A stretch of DNA of 64,000 bases, from assembly GCA_052168235.1 (NCBI GenBank), contig JBQLZK010000021.1, positions 1-64,000 of the forward strand, given 5' to 3'. Positions within the stretch are counted from its first letter, which is position 1. Each line of letters begins with the position of its first letter. Origin of the DNA: Thainema sp. (GTDB taxonomy: Bacteria > Cyanobacteriota > Cyanobacteriia > Phormidesmidales > Phormidesmidaceae). A program made the position numbers and the translations under genes. This document shows, in pieces, positions 58,201 through 64,000 of this stretch. The notes beneath the pieces are model-generated. The model had not been told where the DNA came from. It saw only the letters and a list, made by a program, of their open reading frames with translations, and did not search any database.

Positions 58201-59393
58201 CGATCGCCCGACAGGATGGGTAAATAGTCTCGCTCCAAAATTCGCCCGTCTGCCAGCACAATTTCCTCGGCCACAACGGGTTGGCGATTTTCCAAAATCT
58301 GATTAATCCGCTGAATGGCCTGATCTGGATAGGCAAATAGGGTTGCACCTTGGGCCACCATTTGTTCGCAGTCCAGTCCTAGCAGTTCTGAAGGAGTCAG
58401 ATCAACACCAAATAGATCGCAAAATAGCTGATTACTTAAAACAATTTTTCGATGTTCATTCTCCACTAAAATGCCAGCTTGCAAGCTACAAATCAGTGTG
58501 GATAATCGAGAACTGGTTCGACTGAGATGTTCTTCTGATGCCTTGCGATTCGTGATGTCTCGACAGATACCAATTAGTCCCAGCAACTTTCCCTGCGGAT
58601 CTTCAATCGGTATCTTATAGGTATCCAACGAGCGTTTACTTTGGTCAGGGAAGATAGCAAGTTCTTCGTACCGGAGCGGTACACGGCGAGTTAGAACCTG
58701 CCGATCTCGCGCTTGAATTTGCCGAGCCGCTGATGGTGAAAATAGGTCGGCATCCGTTTGGCACAAAATACTCTGTTGGGCACGTCCCGTAAAGGTTTGG
58801 AATGCTTGGTTCCAAAGAATGTATTGCCCCTTAGAATTTTTGTAGAAAATAAAATCTGGAATTGCGTCGATTAGATTGCGTAAGAGGTTCCGCTCTCGGC
58901 TCAAGTCTGCTTGAACACATTTGCGATCGCGGATTTCCTGTTGAAGTTGCTGATTTTGAGTCGCTAAAAGCTGCTGCTGCTGCTGAAGCTGTCGCTGCAA
59001 ATGTAGAAGCCGCATCTGATGCCGCACCCGTGCTAGCACCTCTTCCGATTGAAACGGTTTGGTAATATAGTCGCTTCCACCCACCTCAAAAGCTTTTACC
59101 TTATCTCGACCATCCTGTAGAGCGCTGAGAAAAATAATTGGAATGTCTTGAGTGTTTCGGTTTTCTTTTAGCCGTTGACACAGCTCATACCCATCCATTT
59201 TAGGCATTCGAATATCCAGCAAAATCAAGTCGGGTAAATTTCGCTGAATTGCCATCAACGCAAGGCTAGCACTCGGAGACAGCTGAACACTATATCCCTG
59301 CTCAGACAACAAGTCCGCCAATAGAGACAAATTAGCTGGCTTATCATCAATAATCAAAATAGACGTTGGTTGGAGTATGGTGTCAGAACTCAC
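55209..59393 (-). CDS. Multi-sensor hybrid histidine kinase REC-PAS-PAS-GAF-PAS-GAF-HisKA-HATPase-REC
   Basis: [55 protein letters not shown]. Confidence 0.92.
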   Translation of the reverse strand: MSSDTILQPTSILIIDDKPANLSLLADLLSEQGYSVQLSPSASLALMAIQRNLPDLILLDIRMPKMDGYELCQRLKENRNTQDIPIIFLSALQDGRDKVKAFEVGGSDYITKPFQSEEVLARVRHQMRLLHLQRQLQQQQQLLATQNQQLQQEIRDRKCVQADLSRERNLLRNLIDAIPDFIFYKNSKGQYILWNQAFQTFTGRAQQSILCQTDADLFSPSAARQIQARDRQVLTRRVPLRYEELAIFPDQSKRSLDTYKIPIEDPQGKLLGLIGICRDITNRKASEEHLSRTSSRLSTLICSLQAGILVENEHRKIVLSNQLFCDLFGVDLTPSELLGLDCEQMVAQGATLFAYPDQAIQRINQILENRQPVVAEEIVLADGRILERDYLPILSGDRFQGHLWQYRDITSRKANEQKLVKTSQTLQKFSHNLKQLHRLGLRQFESFDELFEDYLKTGCQTMKFAGGVISSIQQSQYTIQAIETGLSGFSPGFSCDLEDTFCAEAIRTRQTVTYSHLGSIPGIEQHPIYQAFKIESFISTPIFVNEQIYGSLCFFSQDIRSEGFEGHEREIIELMAQSIGKFICSYQIEQQRQQAEMALRESEARFRQLAEHIENIFWILEPSQQQFTYMSPAYEAIWGRPCSMVLQDAQVWQAAIHSQDIKRIVAKQAKGESYDEEYRIIRPDGTTRWIRDRAFPICDDAGHVDRVVGIAEDITDLKYQEQALRLIFERTAAKTGSQFFRSLVRYLADVLQVRYALITQTIGTEKKRVRTLAFWQKDSFGANCELDLSGSPCEKVLDGHTVFHERNLQSLYPQFPIFAEWGVCSYFGVPLTNSNNQVIGHLAVLDDRPMLTEQQRELILKIFAARAGAELERQTFENELQQARESADAANRAKSEFLANISHEFRTPLNSILGFTQLLLGEGKVDQTTHEYLDIVYRSGEHLLTLINDVLEMSKIEAGKISFTPQPFDLYALLQSLENMFLLRAKNKNISLTIDCASNVPRYIETDENKLRQVLINLLSNAVKFTQQGHVNLRVKLTTRQEVDHLTVNLANNPEIVTMISQSSPIFISFAVEDTGPGIAPDELKTLFAPFTQTTAGHQSREGTGLGLSISQQFVQLMGGVIHVQTSLSQGSTFSFAIQALVVDLPVSPPSVATDAVVERLAPGQPAYRLLVVEDQPANRLLLVRMLEAAGFTVKTAEDGLAAVELAHSWQPHLIWMDMRMPRMDGYEATRQIKAAALSPSPIIVGLTANAFEEERNRVLVAGCDDFIRKPFQAKQIFQTIAEYLPVRYLYKTDSCAIADLRYPTTTSFEVAPEQPTVDQLVLELATVLPSMPETWIQSLQQAAVKGSDERIFQLIEMLPDQKSNLAQMLIYWAQTFQFTSIMEILKISGLKNS

Positions 59394-59744
59394 GAGGCTA
59401 CTGCTGAGTACTTAATTAAAACCACTAAGCTACTGTAACTTTAGGAGCATCAAACGCTTTTCCTGACTCATCCTTGCATCTTATCCAATAATCACAGACC
59501 TAAGTCAGCCCTTGTCGTTATATCATAACGACCCAAGTTTACTTTGGAAGTTCAATGCAATATACAAGCCTAGCGACTGGTGCGACCCAAAACTACGCCA
59601 CCTCAGTATTACCCATTTCCATAATCAAACTATCAAATAAATTAAAACTTCTTAAAATCAAAACATCATTTTAGGGGCAGTATTCAAAAAAGCCGATATT
59701 AATCACCATACCTCCATCAAAGCTTTATTTATTTCTTATCAAAT

Positions 59745-60797
59745 TCATATACCTTTCAGTAAAAATTGAGCAGCCGCCAAACTATCAACTGGCATAGAGA
59801 AGTGATAGCCCTGCATCTTCCTACAACCAATTTGCTTCATCTTGTCTAGTTGCGCTGGTGTTTCAATTCCCTCGGCAATTACATCTAAATTCAAACGAGA
59901 TGCTAGAGCTAAAATTGCTTCACTCATAACCCAATTTTGATTGGAAATAAACGATCGATCAATTTTGATAGCATCAAATGGAAAATCTTGTAGTCGAGCC
60001 AAAGAAGAATAGCCAGTACCAAAATCATCAATATAAAACTTGACGCCCAGTTCTTTTAGTTTGACGATATTTTCCAACGCTTTATTTTGATTACCAATCA
60101 AAAAGCTTTCAGTTATTTCTAGCTTTAAAGTATTAGGAATAATCGTATAGTCAGATAATATATCTTTGACCTTTAAACATAAATCAGGCTCCGACAACTG
60201 GCTGGATGAAAGATTAATACTCATCATAATCGGCGCATCGTGGCAAAATCCTGCTTGCCAGTCTTGTAACTGCTGACAAGCCATTCTTAGTAAATAAAGC
60301 TCCAGTTCTTTAATTTGACCAGTCTTTTCGGACAGGGGAATAAAAGTTGTAGGTGAAATCAGTCCTTGAGTAGGATGCTGCCATCGAGCCAGAGCTTCAA
60401 ATCCAATAATCCTATTATCTAGTACAGAAATAATTGGTTGGTAATTCAGAAAGAACTCCCGACGCTTTAATCCACCTGCAATATCTTTTTCTAGCTTGAA
60501 GTTTTCTATATCTTCAGCAGACAATATGGCTGGAAGTAAATCAGGATGGTGCTCAAGAAAATCAACCAGGCGAGTTAAACGATCGGCCCCACCAATTGCA
60601 AGTTTTAAAAGTTTCAATCCATCGTCCGATAAGTTGCCAAACTGCTCGTAATCTAAAAGCTTCAGAACGCCCTGAATAGAAGTAAGAGGTGTGCGCATTT
60701 CATGACAAATAAGGCTGGTGATTTCTTCAATCTGCTCAACATTGTTGTTTGAGATGGTTGAACCAGCAGACAACGGTAATACAGTAGAATGCAACAT
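59745..60797 (-). CDS. HisKA(DHp)-EAL fusion, probable c-di-GMP phosphodiesterase
   Basis: CHEMRTPLTSIQG; YQPII, GFEALARW, LEITES, DDFGTGYSSL, KIDRSF, AEGIE, QGYHFS. Confidence 0.9.
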   Translation of the reverse strand: MLHSTVLPLSAGSTISNNNVEQIEEITSLICHEMRTPLTSIQGVLKLLDYEQFGNLSDDGLKLLKLAIGGADRLTRLVDFLEHHPDLLPAILSAEDIENFKLEKDIAGGLKRREFFLNYQPIISVLDNRIIGFEALARWQHPTQGLISPTTFIPLSEKTGQIKELELYLLRMACQQLQDWQAGFCHDAPIMMSINLSSSQLSEPDLCLKVKDILSDYTIIPNTLKLEITESFLIGNQNKALENIVKLKELGVKFYIDDFGTGYSSLARLQDFPFDAIKIDRSFISNQNWVMSEAILALASRLNLDVIAEGIETPAQLDKMKQIGCRKMQGYHFSMPVDSLAAAQFLLKGI

Positions 60798-60945
60798 GGT
60801 GGCGTATAAAATTGTTTTTTTCAGTAAAATACCAATAAATAAAGTAACAGCCGTTAAGATAATAGAAAGTTAGCGATACCTGTAGCTTAGGCTATAATTT
60901 AAAGCATCTCTATCAGCAACAAGTTTAAAATAGCGCTTCCACAAA

Positions 60946-61272
60946 TTAGTTATTTCCCAAGTTTGCAGCAACGCAATCATTTAATGCACTTAAACTATTA
61001 TCTTTAGAGTGTTGGTTTGTAGCGAGCATAGATACGGCTCGCAGACTTATCCATAATGTGTATCCAGACGCAGAAACCGTAATACAAACTTTCGCATCTG
61101 CCGTTGAAAGTTCGCAGCCGTCCCTATAAGCATCCAAACGGCTGTCCAAATCATAGCTTTTAACCTGGGTATAGAGTTCATTGCTAAACAACATACCTCT
61201 TTGGATGCCTTCATCCCAATATGCAAATAGAGTGATTAAATTTTCTGAAACGACTGTAGGGAGCATAATCAA
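60946..61272 (-). CDS. Conserved cyanobacterial hypothetical protein
   Basis: MLPTVVSE..F.YW..GIQ.GM...NELY...ITVS..Y.LWISLR pattern; co-oriented in the cluster. Confidence 0.65.
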   Translation of the reverse strand: MIMLPTVVSENLITLFAYWDEGIQRGMLFSNELYTQVKSYDLDSRLDAYRDGCELSTADAKVCITVSASGYTLWISLRAVSMLATNQHSKDNSLSALNDCVAANLGNN

Positions 61273-61428
61273 AGATAACTAGAGGCTAGGGGTAAGCCTG
61301 CGTAATTTTCTACAGTAAAATATATTTGAACAATGTGACAAATTTGTGACGCCCGGATGGGATACAGCAACCGATGAGGAGATATAGAAGTACAGTCCGT
61401 TCCTATTCAAGGTACGGGGCATGATTTA

Positions 61429-61517
61429 TAGCGATTCCACTTAAGAGTAAGAGAACGAGAGAGGAGAGTGCCTCAGGATGAGGCACTCTCCTCTCTCGTT
61501 CGTATCTAGAACCGCTA
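61429..61517. mobile_element. 89-bp MITE, copy 2
   Basis: TAGCGATTCCAC...GAGAGAGGAGAGTGCCTCA GGA TGAGGCACTCTCCTCTCTC...CTAGAACCGCTA; same length as 16823-16911; flanks TA / CA. Confidence 0.85.
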
Positions 61518-61545
61518 CATAAAAGAGTTGTAAGAAATAAACCAA

Positions 61546-61941
61546 TTAAACCATATTTAAATTAGTCCATCCTAGTATGGACTCGATTTGTTCACCTAAT
61601 AAACCTGGATCAAAAGGTTTAATCAAAATTCCTTGTGCGCCAAGATAGAAAAAATCTTCTTGAATAGCCTTTTTCACCGTAGCGGTTAGTAAAATAACCG
61701 GAATAACTTGAGTTTCTGGATAACTTTTCAAGCTTTTAAGTGTAGCCAACCCATTCATTATAGGCATCAGTACATCTAATAAAATTGCATCTGGCCTTTC
61801 TTCCAGCGCGATCCTCACCCCTTCATCGCCCGATCCAGCAGATACAATATCCCAATGCTTTGTAATTTTCAGGCTAAGCTTAGCAACCTCGCGAATATCA
61901 GGCTCATCATCAATAATCAAAATTTTTCTTTGAGCTGTCAT
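61546..61941 (-). CDS. Single-domain response regulator
   Basis: ILIIDDEPD, LLDVLMP, LLTA, IKPFDP. Confidence 0.92.
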   Translation of the reverse strand: MTAQRKILIIDDEPDIREVAKLSLKITKHWDIVSAGSGDEGVRIALEERPDAILLDVLMPIMNGLATLKSLKSYPETQVIPVILLTATVKKAIQEDFFYLGAQGILIKPFDPGLLGEQIESILGWTNLNMV

Positions 61942-62176
61942 ACTGTTAGATCGTTAATAGCTGCATTGGTCAACTGACTTGGGCTGAGATTTTTTAGAAT
62001 AATCAAACAATGTATTATTATCGTAGCCACACTGATTGGGATACTGGAAATTCCGAAAACGTTTGTTAGATTGTTCATCTGTCTCAATTCAAATAGTAAT
62101 GGCGATAAAATAGGAGACAAATGAACGACAGATAATATTAGTATCTACTGTAGAATAATTTCACAGATTCAATCAG

Positions 62177-64000
62177 CTATTTAGAAACACCGATCAATTT
62201 TCTTTGTACTAATCGGCTACGACGTATTTTGTTAAGCAAGCGAGTAGCGAGTGCTTTATATTCAAAGGGTTTAGTGATATAGTCATCCGCTCCAGAGCTA
62301 TAGACCTGCTGAAGCGTCCTACAATCACTTTGAGCACTTAAAAATACAATAGGTAGAGCATCCCACTGGCAGTCGCTACGAATAACTCGGCAAAGCTCAA
62401 TTCCTCTAATCCTAGGCATTTCAACATCCAATAACACGAGATCTGGTTTAGTTTGAGGCAACGTATTCCATAACTGTTCAGGATTGCTCAGAGCTGTCAC
62501 TTGTATACCCCAGCGCGAAAGTTGTTGCTCAAGCGCTCTAAGTACCATTAAGTCATCATCAACTGCTAAAACGTGGTAATGGGTGGGAAAATAGCAACTA
62601 CATTTCTCAAGCATCTTATCCAAAAGGTGTTGAGCTGTTACGGATGGGGATAGAAAAGTGTATTGACAAGAACGAGCTAGCTTTAAACGCACCTGAAATG
62701 TGTTTTGACAAGACAAAATGAATATTAATAAATCGGGAAAAGCTTCAGACACTTTCTCTAGAAAAGACGAGATCGGTACCATATTGGCAAAGCCTACTAT
62801 GTCTAGGAGTAACACATCAGGGGGCCGTTGAGCTAAGCGATGGACAAACTGTTGTTGGGCCTGATCAAGATCCGTTACTTGAGTAATCTGTAATGTTTTA
62901 GGTGCAATATCAACTAATGCTCTTATTAATTCATCCGAAGTAGAAACAACTAAAAGCGAAATCATCTGTTGTTCGAGACAATCAGAAAAAATTGCATTTA
63001 TCCGGATTCCGCTTTCGATTTGGCAGGCTGACGGAATTTTATTTACTTTTATAAGCACAGCCTCTAGATTTTGGCTGAGTTGTGAAATCCATTTGCAAAG
63101 CTGACATGGATTTGAAATAACTGAGGATTGGCTGAGACATGTCTCAATTTTCTTACTAAGGTTAGATTCTTCCTGCAAGCCAAACATCCCCAGAGAACCA
63201 ACAAGTTTATGAGCAGCTTGTTGTGCCTGCTGATGCAGTGTACTGGGTAAAGCACCTATCTCTTGCAGTGTCTCAGCGGCTTCCTGCAAAGTGGCCAGAC
63301 GAGCAGCAATTACATCACTAAATTGACTCAAAGTTGCGATCGCAGCTGCTCTAGCCGCTTCGACTTTTTCGTTTACAGCTATAGATGCAGTTGATAAATT
63401 GCTGTCTTGATCGGCTCGATCAGCTGAATTAATCGCATCAGTGCTCTCAGCACTCGCTGCAATCAATTGATCAGGAGGTGGCATCAAGCGATAGCCCATG
63501 CCATATACGTTTTCGATAACATCTTCAGCCCCAGCCGATTTTAACTTGCGGCGCAACCGTTTAATATGGGTACGAATGGTTTCATCACCTGGCGTTTCGT
63601 CAAATCCCCAAAGTCTTTCTAGTAGCATAGCGTTGCTGAAAATTCTCTGTGGATTACGGAGAAACAGCTCTAATAGACCGTACTCTTTGGGTGATAGCGT
63701 AATCTCTTGGTCAGCTAAGGTAATCTGGCAGGTGCTTGGGTTTAGCTGCAACGTGCCCCACTGTAAAATCGGAGCGGTTGTTTCCCGTGGTCGGCGTAAG
63801 AGTGCTCTAATGCGAGCCGTCAGTTCTTCAGTTGTGCAGGGCTTCACGACATAGTCATCAGCACCGGAATCAAGTCCTATAACTTTAGAGTGAGCATCAT
63901 CTTGGGCCGTTAAGAGTAAAATAGCTCCCTTATAATCAGCATCACGCAACTGTCGACACAGTGAAATGCCGTCTAATCCTGGCAGATTGATATCCAGGAC
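62177..64000 (-). CDS. Multi-domain response regulator REC-wHTH-Hpt-pseudoREC-REC (RcaC-like); 5' end outside the window
   Basis: Frame is open to the window edge (VLDINLPGLDG...); OmpR wHTH (LSPKEYGLL, IENVYGMGYRL), Hpt AHKLVGSLGMFG, C-terminal REC LLDVEMP. Confidence 0.9.
   Translation of the reverse strand, partial: VLDINLPGLDGISLCRQLRDADYKGAILLLTAQDDAHSKVIGLDSGADDYVVKPCTTEELTARIRALLRRPRETTAPILQWGTLQLNPSTCQITLADQEITLSPKEYGLLELFLRNPQRIFSNAMLLERLWGFDETPGDETIRTHIKRLRRKLKSAGAEDVIENVYGMGYRLMPPPDQLIAASAESTDAINSADRADQDSNLSTASIAVNEKVEAARAAAIATLSQFSDVIAARLATLQEAAETLQEIGALPSTLHQQAQQAAHKLVGSLGMFGLQEESNLSKKIETCLSQSSVISNPCQLCKWISQLSQNLEAVLIKVNKIPSACQIESGIRINAIFSDCLEQQMISLLVVSTSDELIRALVDIAPKTLQITQVTDLDQAQQQFVHRLAQRPPDVLLLDIVGFANMVPISSFLEKVSEAFPDLLIFILSCQNTFQVRLKLARSCQYTFLSPSVTAQHLLDKMLEKCSCYFPTHYHVLAVDDDLMVLRALEQQLSRWGIQVTALSNPEQLWNTLPQTKPDLVLLDVEMPRIRGIELCRVIRSDCQWDALPIVFLSAQSDCRTLQQVYSSGADDYITKPFEYKALATRLLNKIRRSRLVQRKLIGVSK

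Overview
Cyanobacterial chromosomal window. The HIP1 octamer GCGATCGC is abundant and chlL/chlN and ictB are present; the many signalling genes suggest a filamentous Leptolyngbya-like organism (inference). 1-27 kb is mostly core genome: pgsA, tsaC, DUF3086, DUF3119, mlaE/ycf63, an M16 peptidase pair, SRP RNA (ffs), NhaC, plsY, piuC-like dioxygenase, mutS2, a CPA2 antiporter, ictB and chlL-2xDUF5331-chlN. Its intergenic spaces carry REP-like palindromes, short tandem repeats and MITEs. 27.5-50.2 kb is a co-oriented accessory locus: five tandem filamentous-haemagglutinin/TPS-domain paralogues with conserved ends, variable middles and nucleotide-identical conversion tracts, then an exported TPR-CHAT protease with an intact His/Cys dyad, an exported DUF928 protein with five 22-aa GGASR(G) repeats, a CHASE2 hybrid kinase and a coupled REC-kinase. 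This is the best candidate for an undescribed extracellular proteolytic recognition/signalling system. After tRNA-Ala(GGC) comes a minus-strand two-component cluster with a probable insert-Cys cyanobacteriochrome kinase, a HisKA-EAL fusion and an RcaC-like regulator. All calls come from reading motifs by eye; no searches were run.
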